This document shows, piece after piece, positions 12,587 to 30,863 of a stretch of DNA of 64,000 nt. Origin of the DNA: Pocillopora damicornis. Its lineage: Eukaryota. The DNA is taken from NCBI RefSeq assembly GCF_003704095.1, contig NW_020845300.1, positions 248,001 to 312,000 of the forward strand. The letters are read 5' to 3'. Numbering within the stretch: the first letter of the stretch is position 1; the number at the start of each line of letters is the position of its first letter. A program made the translations under genes and the position numbers. Under the pieces are notes generated by a model, which did not search any database, had not been told where the DNA came from, and saw only the letters and a program-made list of their open reading frames with translations.

Positions 12587-14075
12587 ATGAATCCCAAAGG
12601 CGTTATGAATACTCTCTCACAGGTACGATGTTGCATTGTGATAATCAGTTGAACTGTCCATGGTCTCTGCTGCATCCACATGAATTGCGTGGCCAGTTTC
12701 TGAAGTTTCGTAGTATTCTTAGTTATAAGGGAATTGTAAGAGCCAGTAGTAGGAACTCACTCGCCAAAAGTTCCTTTATTAAGAAATATGGTCATCGTTC
12801 GAGAGTTTCCCTACATTTTGAACCTATGGTATGAATGTCAGGCCGCTTCTGACTTATTGAAAGCTCCATTATTCTTCGCACTATCTATGTTTGTTTGTCA
12901 GGGCATGATCAATTGTAAGTTGACCGTACCATGGAACAGGCCGGAATGTTTGATCACGATGAGTGGTGATTGAGAGGACTTTTCCGAAAGTAGCAATAAC
13001 ACTTTTCATGTTCCTTTACGATCAGGTCACCTTTGCCTCAAGAAGCACGCCTTCATCACGTAATGTTGAAAAACTGATTACACAGACCATGTACTTGCAA
13101 AATCAACCTTATGACCAGATATAGCAGTAAATGATTTCCCCTCGTTTTTAGCGGACCTAAACTATATGACATATTTCAGGAACGAAATGTACAGCAAAAG
13201 AGAAAAATGAAAACAGCAACAACGATTTCGAGGCGAGGCAACGGGGTGCAGGAGAGGCATACTAAGAAAAACGAAAGTAATTCTATTGTTAATTTGTAGT
13301 ATTTTCTAGTATTTTCTTGTTCATTCTTTCAGTTTGTGAATGCTGTCGAGGAAATGGAGAAATCCATTTTAGTTCCTCAAAGTTTACATGACATGGCACT
13401 GTCAAAAAGTGGCAGTAATCCTGTTCCATCAGGCAATGGAATCGCTTTAGAGAAAAGCCTTTATGAAGCATTCAATGCGCTGAAAAATGTGAAGAACGTT
13501 GTCCTAACAGGTAGGCTACAGCTGAACCTTATATTCATTGATTTTATAACCGTAAGTTTTAAACCAAGGAAATGCATATAGTGTAGGTTTCTGGTAATGC
13601 TTAGTGTCTTTAATTCAGAGGAAAAATTATGACTTTCATTTTACGTATCCCCACCCTCCATATTCCAACAAATCAGAAAAAAAGATGATTCAATTGGAAT
13701 ACTTTACATTATGAAAAGAATATGAATTTGCTTGTATGTGGTATTTAACCAATTAATCGATAGGGTTTTAGCTGATCTCGATCTCGTCCCCTGTCGCCAT
13801 CAATCATCTTGCATTAATTGATAGCCTGATCAAGACTTTATATCGTGCACGTGCGACAATTAATTAATCGATTAAACGTTCATTTACCTGGCTACAAGAC
13901 CACGATTGACAGCAACATTTCCTTATGTCTTTCAGGTCACTCCTTGGATGATAAAAGCGACGGGCACCCGATCAGCAGTGAATTGCAATCTCTAACAAAC
14001 TCCTTGGAGGTAATGACTGACCTGGCCAACAACCTTACCGCCGAATATAAGAAAAACTTCAACCTTCTTTTCTGA
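12587..14075 (+). CDS. Spot14 (THRSP/MID1IP1-MIG12) family protein, 3 exons, ~117 aa
   Basis: Exons 12587-12622 (MNPKGVMNTLSQ), 13333-13510 (FVNAVEEMEKSILVPQSLHDM...), 13936-14075 (...LTNSLEVMTDLANNLTAEYKKNF). Both blocks resemble the Spot14 N- and C-terminal helices. The first exon is inferred from phase and similarity. Confidence 0.8.
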
Positions 14076-14625
14076 AAACAGATTATTTCTAGGATGAATG
14101 AGAACATAATGCCTTGGTGGCAAACGTTACGTAACTGAATGTGGTTCATTATCAAGAAAAAGACAAAATAGAAGCAGGAAAATGTAAATAGTCAAAAATT
14201 TTTGGACAATAATTGCTCCTTGTTTCAAATTTTTTAACACTCGTTTTATCTAAGGACTCAAGTTCTTCTTTTTCTTGAAACAAGGCGGGGCGTAGGCTGG
14301 CAGAGCGCCAGAAAATTGTACGATTTTTTTTTCTCTCTTTCCAAGGAGGAGGCTCCTTGAATGATCAGTCAACCCAAATCTGAATTGCAGCGAAGGATCT
14401 TTCTATATAAACCCTTACCACTGCCATTATTTATATTGACCGAACAACGAATACAGTAATCTAAAAATTCAAATGAATTTGGTCTCAATATGCACTTTAT
14501 TTTTAGTTTATCAATTCAACAAGAAAAGGGGAAGACGTGAATTTTTAAACAAAATTGTTAATTAAAATCTTTGCTTATCATGATTAAAAAAAGTCTAAAA
14601 CATCTCCTAAGTAACTTTATACATA

Positions 14626-17600
14626 TTAGCCAAGTCGTTCTGGTATGGGATTTGTGGGTTGTAAAACATGCTCTCGTACAGCTGTGTTAGCGTAAATTCC
14701 TGACTCATCGTGCCAAGTGTTTGTTCCGTGTCGTCTGTAGTCGTCCACGTCGGTAAACTGGGAGTGGCACTTCCGCCAAAGTGCAGACTGATCGGGCTCT
14801 GGAGGAGGAGTCTGGTGAGGAACCAGGAGATATTGAAAGACCAAACGCGAGAGAGAAATTATCACAAGTGTTGATCACTGATGATTTTTACCTGGAATTA
14901 GTTTTTTGAGTGTTTCTGTTTAGTTCTCTTGAATCGATTTCACAACAGCAGGAGTTTTCAACTCTTGCTGTAAATGAAATCATATCAGGAGAAAAACCTT
15001 TTTAAATGTTTTTCTCTTTTTTGGTTGTTGTTTTTTGGCGCTGGAACTCGAAAACTGCTTCCGTATTTTTTCGATTACTTTTGCTTGTGTTTCCACTTGG
15101 TTCGTAACAAAAATGAATCAATAGTTTAATAAATAAATAAACAAAGGCTTCGTTGAATTCCTCAATGATTATGGGATACTGTAGTGATAAAGTAATTCAT
15201 CACTTTTTCGTGGTATCAAAGTGTGTGCAGTCTTTAACGATTTAACTTGGAGGCATGCAGACATTCCATATGACACGCAAAAAAAGAAACCATTACGTGC
15301 TCTAAAGGATCATTTCAATTTAGATCTTTCCTTCTCCAAAAGAAAGACTTCAAAGACGACCTAGAAAGCGCGCAAAATTCACTTATCACTGTGCACCTTC
15401 GGCTTTGCCTCGATTTCGCCTCGCGCGTACTCGGATTTGTCGTTATACACGCGTGGTTTAATACGCGTTTGAGAATTTCAACGAGAGCAAACGTAATTCG
15501 ACAATCACAACATAGAATTAACGAAATAAAAATTATCATGTCAAGAACACAGATTTTGAACCCACTGAGTGCTTTCTGTGATGCTCATGTTCTTTAGGTC
15601 GCTGCTGACGACGGCGAAAACGAAGAAAGAGCGAAACTGGGAAGAGTTAACACGTTGTGAACTAATCAGTGCGAAGCGAACGTTATTACACGCAAAATAC
15701 TTGGGTGTTATAATGTAACATGCATGCATCTCGAACACATCATGTTTATCACATCTAGTGAAGTATGTCACCTTTTGTGTTTGATATGGGTACGGGGAGT
15801 CGTAATCCACTCTATATGTGGTGTCAAGGTACCTGTGAAGAGTTAAACATAGTCATGCATGTGCTTTTTCCGCTTTGGTATCAAAAATAAAATGGAAGTA
15901 TTTGAATCGCATTATGTTTTCTAAATTGACTCGATGCACGAGTGAAACGTTCTATCGCAACATATTTATTCAGTGGGTGGAAGGGGTGGGAAATAGTAGT
16001 GGGGGTACTCTCCTTGGACCTGCTATGCCGTTGCACAAGGTGGGGGTTTTTCAATCATTTGGTCTGAAACCGGGTACTGTTATGTTCTTTATCTTGAGCA
16101 TGGTTTTCAAAAGATCAGGAAAGCATTAACGAAGAAAGAGAAGTCATCAAAATATACCAGTTTTGAGCTTAATTTTATGGGGGAATTTTTACCAATTTTT
16201 ATACTTTGACACTAGTTAGGCAAAGCTTCATATTGCTGCAAGGGGGCATGGTGGAGAGGTGGAATTTAAGAAACAACAATTTACCTCTTTCCATGGTCAA
16301 GTGGATGTCTTGGAAGAACACTACCAAATCCTCTCTCAGGTGCCCCAGTATCTCTATATCAGAAGTAAAAATACAACCAACTAACTTAAATACACTTTTA
16401 TTCCAGATATATAAGTACCCCAACTCACTGAATATTCCTACATCATGGATCTGATGGAAGGGATTAATAACCTCTTAACCTCACAACTTAATACCCTTTG
16501 ATTCTGTTTCTATAAAATCATTTGCAAAAAGGTAAAATTTTTGTTAGTAAATATAAACAACTTTAATTGTATGATCATTCCACATTTTATGAACATCATG
16601 TCTGCAAAAAGCACTTCGAGACCCACACAATTACACTTGTATATGATAAGTTCTAGATAACTTAAATTTGCCTGTTTAATTTCTTGGATATGTAGTGATC
16701 TGCCAATAGACTATAATTTAATTTGTAATTTATATGCATGAGCATACACTGTCATATACCAAATGAATATTATTACCTGACAGGCAAAACTGATGTGTGC
16801 CAACGCACCAGAAAAAAAAGGATTACTGGTTTGCAAAGTACATTTAGGTCATCCCTTAGTCTTAAATATTGAATGATGACAGCTGAGTAATGAAGAAAAC
16901 CGTTTTTGTAAATATATATTTTTAAATTACATGATTACACACCTTTGGAAATTAACGCTTTTAAAAGTGTTCATGTCTACCATCTGCCGTCTTGTTTCTC
17001 TTGTTTCAAAGTCACTTTTAAGCTTCACTGCTTGTTCCATTTGGTCATGACTGGTTGTATCAGGTAAAGACTGTGGGAGAGAAATAGTATTTTAAAAGTA
17101 CATTGATTTTATTCTTAGATCAAAATACACACCATAAAGCAAATCCCTGCAGGCTTTACAAGTTTTCAATTAAATTCCAAGTTAGATCATGTTGTCAGGC
17201 CTTGTAACAGCTTTGGTCCAGAAAGTCTCTTAAGTTCCTTAATGAGTGAAAATTTACAACCTTACCATTTTAAAGATATAGAAAACATAGATGTTTACAG
17301 TTTAGATTAAAGAGAGTCTTAGCAAATCAAAAAAGGGGTGAGGCATGGGTTGGGGGAAGGGGAGCAGCCTAGCCCAACAGAATGGGAGGAGAAGGGTTAT
17401 GAGTTGCAGGTGAGGAAAGCAAGACTCAGGAAGGACAGGAAAAGGGAGAGAAATGTTAAAAGATACAAATTTGATAATAAGGGGCATGAAAAAATGAAAA
17501 TAAGGGATTGCAAAACCTCATGAATCTTGTATGCAAAGATGTTGATAAACCAATCGAGTGTTCTCACCCCATCTGTGACATTTCCAATGCGATGGTATGT

Positions 17601-18462
17601 GGAGTTGTGAAGGTTCCTCTTTTCGGATTGGTAATCTTTGATGTCATATTCTTTGGGCTCAGCTTCCCTTGCTTGATGCCTGTTAAGTTTAGGAAAGTTG
17701 ATTAATACCAGTAAAAGTTGAAGCCGGCTGTAAATTTTTGTTCAGATAGTAAGTACAGTGTATAAACATGCTCGGACTTAAATATTTGAAACTCGCGACA
17801 AGGAAAGTCCTAGAGTACCGCGAAATGTTGGAAAGGTTGGGATAGAAAGTATAGATCATTTCTGGGGGTCAACTAGTGACTTTAAAATCAATGGAGGTTT
17901 ACTCTTTTAAGCTTTCGGGTGCAAACGTCACAATGGATAACAAGTAGCTATGTACAACTTAACAAATAATTGACAAATCTTGATGAAAAAAAATGGATAT
18001 ATTTTCAATATTTCGAGCTGAAGCAATTTGCCAATGTATAACAGATAGAACAATTCCCCATAAAGAGTTTTCTCCAAACAAAACATGCATCGTTCACTTC
18101 GACATGCACACGAAACCAGCATCGGAACTCGCGCACTCTTCCCTGCCACGGAGCATGTTACCAATTGAAAATGCAGATCTTTTTTCAATCATATGTAGTA
18201 TTTAATAGGCCTTAAGTCAAGTAAAAAGAATTATAGGTTCCCCCTTTCTTTTGTGACAACAAAAGTAGTGTTTACATATAGTTTGGTTATAATCAAGAAA
18301 CGGACTGCACGCGACAAGTGCCGTTTGCTCGTAAGCGACTTACCAGTTGGACACAAGAGTTGGTCTGCCATAATCCATGTGATCAGACCGTAAGAAGAGA
18401 GATCCTTTTCTCTCCACATAGTCAGGAATGAAAGCAAGCGGGTTTGGATGATTCTCCGTCAT
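14626..18462 (-). CDS. CFAP95: Cilia/flagella-associated protein 95 (C9orf135 homolog), 6 exons, ~224 aa
   Basis: Exons 18462-18344, 17679-17568, 17070-16943, 16353-16285, 15832-15772, 14811-14626 (675 nt, in frame). Motifs: VERKGSLFLRS, GFGSVLPRHP, RKCHSQFTD, NTWHDESGIYAN. Confidence 0.9.
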
Positions 18463-18534
18463 GATCGTTCGCTCCGTTCAATAGTACACTGTTTACCAGC
18501 TGGAAACAACCTGAAATCGCTCAGAGTTTACATA

Positions 18535-18548
18535 ATATCCATGGCAAC
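18535..18548. promoter_or_regulatory. RFX X-box candidate in the CFAP95/PRMT9 bidirectional promoter
   Basis: ATATCCATGGCAAC fits the relaxed X-box consensus RTHNYYWTRRNRAC and lies ~75 bp upstream of the ciliary gene's ATG. A weaker site, GTTTACCAGCTGGAAAC, is at 18491-18507. Confidence 0.55.
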
Positions 18549-18740
18549 ATTAGCGCTCAGCCTCGCTTTGATAACAGCGCCCGCAGTTAAACAGCAGATT
18601 TCTGCATGATGGCGACGAGGATGACATCTTTTAGTGCTATCAATGAAGCGCCCTTTTCTGCTAAGAATTCGTGGCTTTCCTCATGAATCTCTGGATAATT
18701 GTTTCATTTTAGCTATAAAAGTTTGGAAAAGTTACCGAAA

Positions 18741-21203
18741 ATGCAAGAAAACTCTCCTTACTCCCAGCATTTTCATGCTGCAAAGAGCTGTCTTCGTCGT
18801 GAACAGTACGGCGATGCCTTGGCACATTTAGTATTTCTGGCTAATGTGGAACCGTCATTCAAAGAAACGTTGGAAGAAGAATTCGTCCTCGCTTTACGAA
18901 ATTGGTTAGAAATACTCGAGTCTCATGGCGAGCTGGATAAAATGATGATTTGTCTTCAGGAAGCATTGAAGCTGTATCCTCAAAGTGAGATCGTTCTCAT
19001 TAACACAGGAGCAAACTTGATCAAGTTGGGTTTCACTGACGAGGTTGCTTCGTGTTTTAGAAGGGCATTACATGTAAATCCAACAAGCATTAGAGCGAAA
19101 GAAAATCTTGAAAATGTTGCAAATCTTTTGGTTGAGAGGTGGCATTTTAGAATGTTAAATGACAAGAAAAGAAATTCAGCCTACAAACGAGCCATTTCCA
19201 AGGCAATAGGCCAAGGCCATGACATTGTCTTGGATATTGGAAGTGGTACTGGTATTCTAAGTATGTTTGCTGTTCAAAGCGGATCAAAAGAGGTGTATGC
19301 CTGCGAAATGTCCAAGACCATGTTCGAATTGGGCCACGATGTACTGAGGGCTAATAACATGGAAAAGTTGATTCACACCATACATAAAAAATCAACTGAG
19401 ATGACAGTAGGTAAGGATATCCCAAAGCAGGTTTCTTTGGTGGTGACAGAGACACTTGACTGTGGTCTCCTTGGAGAAGGAATTCTCACCACTGTAGAAC
19501 ATGCATGGTCTAACTTGCTAATTCACCCACCAGAGAACTCAGACTCTAATGTAAAACCCATTTCTAAGGTCATTCCTGGTGGTGCTGTTCTTTATGCTAT
19601 GGTAATTATGTGCGATGACATCAGAAATCAAACAAGGTGTAAACCATCAATGAGTGGATTAAAAATGTTTCCCAAGTGTAGCATAGGAGGAGAGGTAATG
19701 GAACGAAAGGTAGAAATACCATCTGTGAGTGTCAGTGCATTTGATCAGCTTGAACCCTACAATACAGAGAGTTTGAACCAGTTAAGAGGTGGATTTACAT
19801 CTCTCACATGCCCCTTTAAAGTGACAGAGTATGATTTTAACAATCCTAGTAGCTTGAACAAGGACAGGGACTTGAAGTTTGAAATCACTGCAACCCACTG
19901 TGGTCAAGCTGATGCAGTTGCAGTCTGGTTTGATTTGCTACTAGATGAAGATATAACTCTTTCAACTGGCCCCAAAGATGATTCCCTGTGCTGGGAGCAG
20001 GCAGTTTTCCCCATTTATGCAAATGATGCTGATTCATCTTGTAAATTTGCAGTTTCAAAGGGAGACATGCTTTCTCTCCATGGAGAGCTTTCCAAAGATT
20101 GTCTGAAGTTCAATTTTTGTGGAATTAACTCAACAAAACTAGTTTTTGAATCTAAAGTTAGTGCTGTACCATCACAAAGGGAGAGTCAAGCTGCAATAAT
20201 AATGAATCCCTCAACCAAGAGTGACCATGAAGAGGTTGTGGCAATCATTCCACCATCATACATGCGGCGTCTGAATGACACTCCCTTCAATAACCTCTAT
20301 GATGAAGTCATCTCAGGAGCTGTTAACTCCTTGAAACTGAAACAGCATTTATGCAGTGGCAATGAAAATCCATGTAAAGATGGTGTATGTAATGTTCTTG
20401 ACATCACTTATGGCCCTGCTTTGTTTTCTCATTTTGCTGCAAGAGGGAAGGCAGACCACGTCTTGATATTAAATCCTCACAACACAGATTGGATAGAACA
20501 TATTTCACATGGAAATGATTTGCCAAAAGTTATTGAGAAAGGCTCAGAAAAGCTTGAAGAAATTGCTAAAGAGGGAAGAATTTGGAATTTACTTGTCAGT
20601 GACATTGTAGAGCCATCAGGCATCATTCGTCAGCAAGTTATTGAAGACATTGTCTTTTCAAGAGGATGTCTGCTCAGACCACAAAATTTTCAAACTATTC
20701 CTATGGGATTCACTGTGTACTGCATGTGCATTGAATCTTCTTTCCTGTTTGCCAATTGTCGTGTACTTGACCAGGACAGAACACTTGGGCTTGAGATTGG
20801 CCAGTTTCTGAATGATTTTCAAGTAACCACTCAGATAGATATTGACCTTACAACTCTTCCTTTCTCAAGCATCACCAACCATATTGAACTTTTTAGCATA
20901 AATTTCATGGAGCAGTTTGATGAGGAAAATAAGGTACTTTCTTTACTTGAAACTCACTCTGAGAAAAAAGTAAAAGTTTCCAAGTCAGGGAGGATTCAAG
21001 CCATTCCCTACTGGTTTGCTCTGCACATTGGCAATCAACACTCACTTTCAACATATAGTGGAGATTATGCTGAATCACATTGGAGGCAAGCGGCTATTGT
21101 TTTGAAAGAGGAAGTAGCTGTGGAAGTTGGACAAGAAATTCTAATTTCAGCATCTTGTGTAAATAGTAGCATTACTCTTGATGTGAATGTTATCAAAGAT
21201 TGA
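18741..21203 (+). CDS. PRMT9: Protein arginine N-methyltransferase 9, single coding exon, ~820 aa
   Basis: Uninterrupted ORF with first in-frame ATG at 18741. N-terminal TPR-like region, VERWHFRMLND, SAM motif VLDIGSGTG, double-E loop ETLDCGLLGE, CWEQ, and a second degenerate methyltransferase module ending SHWRQ. Confidence 0.95.
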   Translation: MQENSPYSQHFHAAKSCLRREQYGDALAHLVFLANVEPSFKETLEEEFVLALRNWLEILESHGELDKMMICLQEALKLYPQSEIVLINTGANLIKLGFTDEVASCFRRALHVNPTSIRAKENLENVANLLVERWHFRMLNDKKRNSAYKRAISKAIGQGHDIVLDIGSGTGILSMFAVQSGSKEVYACEMSKTMFELGHDVLRANNMEKLIHTIHKKSTEMTVGKDIPKQVSLVVTETLDCGLLGEGILTTVEHAWSNLLIHPPENSDSNVKPISKVIPGGAVLYAMVIMCDDIRNQTRCKPSMSGLKMFPKCSIGGEVMERKVEIPSVSVSAFDQLEPYNTESLNQLRGGFTSLTCPFKVTEYDFNNPSSLNKDRDLKFEITATHCGQADAVAVWFDLLLDEDITLSTGPKDDSLCWEQAVFPIYANDADSSCKFAVSKGDMLSLHGELSKDCLKFNFCGINSTKLVFESKVSAVPSQRESQAAIIMNPSTKSDHEEVVAIIPPSYMRRLNDTPFNNLYDEVISGAVNSLKLKQHLCSGNENPCKDGVCNVLDITYGPALFSHFAARGKADHVLILNPHNTDWIEHISHGNDLPKVIEKGSEKLEEIAKEGRIWNLLVSDIVEPSGIIRQQVIEDIVFSRGCLLRPQNFQTIPMGFTVYCMCIESSFLFANCRVLDQDRTLGLEIGQFLNDFQVTTQIDIDLTTLPFSSITNHIELFSINFMEQFDEENKVLSLLETHSEKKVKVSKSGRIQAIPYWFALHIGNQHSLSTYSGDYAESHWRQAAIVLKEEVAVEVGQEILISASCVNSSITLDVNVIKD

Positions 21204-23114
21204 ACATCTAAGATGGCAAGGAACTGAAGCAAAACAAATGAACAGGTACATGACTTATATTGAATAGCAATCATTAGCATGGAGCTCAGCATAGATGCAA
21301 CTACATGTCAACAAAATTTTGTTTGTAGCAAAACACAATTAGATTAAGTATTTTGCACAAGCAGACCATGAAAAAGAACAAATGCTGCATTGAATAATCT
21401 ACTTGTTCATTTTAGCATTAAAATAGTCTTTAGCTATGTCAGTAAAACCATTTTGCAAAAAATGTATCTTTTAACTGTAATTGTGTGGAACTCAAATATT
21501 GTTGTATAAATGTTGCATTGTTGTATAAGTTGTGCCTCGTAGGGAGCTAATACCAAAACTTAGTGCCATTAGAGCCAAAATGACAGCAGCTGCCTTTGTA
21601 GTGCAAAAACCTTTCTTAAAACGGTAGAGTTAATGTTTCTGGGCATAGATATGTTTTAAGCCCAACTCACTGTCATTTCAGCACAACCATTTGGTGTGGG
21701 TTAAAATGGACTCTTCATACTCAAGAACATAAACTCTATTGTTTTATTATAGTATTCACATAACTAAGGCCATTGCTGTCATTTGTCAATTTAGGAGGGC
21801 ATTGAGAAAATAAGAGCTGAAAAAGGTGATCACGAAACAGTCTGAACAATCACGCAAACAGGTTAATATACATTTTATCCTATCAAAATCTCCAGTTTAG
21901 CTTGCCTACATTTCCACTTAAGCCTGTAATAGGTGCCACAACACCCAACAAAGTGATAAAAATTTCTGAATTATTCACTTGAAAGTGGCCATCTGGAAAT
22001 TTGGTGTTTTACTCTTGGGGTAACTCTTGGCTTTAAGATAATTATCATTCCTGGCGATTAATTAAGGATCCGTTTGCTGCTTCTTTTTCACCTTACTTTT
22101 TCCAAAATATCCTTATGACAAACATTGTATTGTCCAGACAGACCTTGGCAAACGGTTGACACTATCTCTAGAAACCCAAGTCGAGCTAAACCATTTTCTA
22201 GACACACTGGGCAATTATCGTGTTATTTTGAAATGTGAGAAACCGCTAATGGTCCATGTTAAAAATTGAAATGAAATGGGAAGCTGTAACATATCATTCT
22301 GATTTGAACCCGGTGTTTGTCGCAAAACAAAATTCTTCCGAGCCAAAATGTGCGAAAAAAGAGATGAAGAATTTTGAAGGCTCGCTAGAATAAGAACAAA
22401 CGTGGCTCTTATCCAAATCACAAAGGTTCAAGGCTTAACACAGGAAGTGACGCAGCAACATTTGCGGGAAATGCGTAATTGAATGCTCGCGCACAGATAT
22501 TTGCCTCTCCGAGCTTAATATGACTGTAAACTCGCGTGACAAATCGTGAATTGTTTTGAAATGAAATATTTCTTATTCCTTTTTTAACATTACTTTCTTC
22601 CAATAAAGAATGGTGATTTTAATATCTAGTAATTTCAATCGCTTCCCCACAAAGAAATTCAAAATATTGTTTACCCGAAGAGTTTATTCGTGCATAAGTA
22701 CACACCTCCAACACGCCCACGTCGGCTTCTGTGATGTCATTTGAACATGTTTTTTTAATTCCTTTTTCTTTTTTGTGAGAACACAAAATTAGTTTCGACG
22801 GCAAAGTTCATGGCCCTTGAATAACGGGGAAGTTTCATAGAAATCGTATATGTAATCCTACTTGTGTAATTATTATCTTAACAATCTATGTTTGGTGCGG
22901 AAATGAAAATATTTTTTTTCAATTTACGTGACGAGCTGCCGTGTGTGAAAAAGTAAAACTTGCTCGTCTGGTTTTCTATGATGCAAACGAGCATTTGTCG
23001 CCTTTTTGATCACGTGTCACTCTGTTTATAAACAATCCAACCGGTATTACTACTACAATTTACATAGCACACGTACTACAGAGCGGCTACACATTTCCTG
23101 GGGAAGGAAAAAAT

Positions 23115-29037
<5,923 letters not shown>

Positions 29038-29160
29038 TGAAAACTGGTTACTGGAAATTGAACGTGCAAGAAGACGGGCCCAAACTCCCGTCGAATTTGC
29101 AACAAAGCTATAAAGAACAATCAAGAAATGAAGTTGAGATGAGGAAAAATATTTATTTAT

Positions 29161-29253
29161 AATTCGCCAAAGGCGAAGTGAATATTATTGAATAATCCCC
29201 GAGACGAAGTCGAGGAAATTATTCAACAGTGTTCACTGAACCTGAGGCGAATT
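29161..29253. repeat. Palindromic hairpin repeat, probably the end of a non-autonomous element extending to ~29660
   Basis: AATTCGCC..AGTGAATATTATTGAATAAT [loop] ATTATTCAACAGTGTTCACTG..GGCGAATT. Confidence 0.6.
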
Positions 29254-30650
29254 TTCTTTTTAGTATTTTCAGTAATTACTCAGGTGCTTTCGAATTCTGT
29301 TGTATTTTCTGTAGATAAAGTAAGCATTACGCATATTTTATTACAATTGTGGTGAATAGTTGTATCAAGATAAGCAAGGAGTTTTAGCAGGTTTATTTTA
29401 TTCAGTCACCAAAAAAATTCATACATTTCTTTTGAAAAGGGTACGGCCAAACTTAATAGTATAATTTGTGCTCTTCGCAATAGATTTTGTTCCATTGCGT
29501 TTATCACCTTCTCAGAAACATTGACAAAACGCGAGGCAGACATCATGAAACTTAGCGCCCTTTTTATAATCACTTCGGGCGGGGTGATTATGGCGAGATA
29601 TTACACTATCCTCGACTAATCAGAGCGCGCGCATCTCAATACTCACCTGAGCAATAGTAATAAACTAAAGTAATCAGTTAAAGTGTAGAACTGAAAATCT
29701 TATTGATCAAATTAGAGATAGATCCACGTCTACGGAATTAACCAATGATAATTCAAAAGATTATTTTTAGAATATTGTTCGATGTGAAATGTCCTGTCTC
29801 ATCCGATTAATTAACGTATGCAACCGAACGTAAAGTATTTCGGAAAAGTTGGTGTAAATGTGTATTTGTGATCATGAGTGGCGAGTGTATATTTAAATGT
29901 ATTTTCAACGTAATATAAAGCCTATTGATATATATTTTCAATGCGGGAGGAATGTTAAGCAAGGGATTTCAATTTTACAGTGGGTAATAATAATGTATAT
30001 TTATGCCTTTTTCATCCTGATAAGGCTGGGATTTAGTTACACCCTAGAAATCCCCTTCCTTAATATTAACAACCTTGTATTAAATATTATTCAAGGACTT
30101 AGTAATATAAAATTTCGTTAGTTTTTCTCTTGAGGGTTTACCATTCTGAAACAAAAACTTCTGGAAGCAATTCTAGGTAGATAGTGTCTTCGCTCGCTTG
30201 ACTAGAGGTTTACAGGGGGTCTAATTATTATTAGTGCCAGACCCCCCGCAAATGTCTCCTCGACTCAGCTTGTCTCAGATATTCCCGCGGGTGAAGACAG
30301 CGCATCCTGCTCGCGTCCTGCTATATTCGTTGTGAGAGGTTAAGCCAAGGAAATTAGTGCTTTGCCTTTAAACCATCCCTCTTTATCTAACAGTAGAGCT
30401 CGCTTAATTGAAAACTAAGTTATAAGTATCTACACAATTCTTGATTGTGAAATGGAACGTTTCACGCCGTATTCACTCTGACTTGGCCGACCCTGGGTGG
30501 GTATCTTTTGTACTGCTCTATTCGGGAAGTTTCGATAATAAAGGTTTCACGTTTGCTGTATTTTTTAGCTTTGATCTTCTTTTGATTTTGCGGCCCTCTT
30601 TTGAAGTATCCTAACGAAAATGTTTTTGAGGGGCTTGTGAAGTTTGGCTT

Positions 30651-30863
30651 TTCACCCTTTACACCCCAACATCAGTCTCTGTATTCTCCATACTGTTCTC
30701 TATACATTTCCTAAAGTGCTGACAAAGAGAATTTGTTCAACAATCAAGAGCCTCTTAAGCTGGTGGTCATTTCCTTATTTTCTCGTGACCTTAATGTGTA
30801 ATTTAGGAGTGTTATTATAGGGAGAAATAAGATGTTAGTCACTCTTAGCGGCCAAAGGGTTAG
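30651..30863. mobile_element. piggyBac-type MITE copy
   Basis: TTCACCCTTTACAC...CAAAGGGTTAG termini, same internal core as the 7837 copy. Confidence 0.72.

Noticed and set aside
18699-18740. Tracked PRMT9 start at 18699
   Set aside because: It is a TTG codon. The first ATG at 18741 matches where PRMT9 similarity begins.
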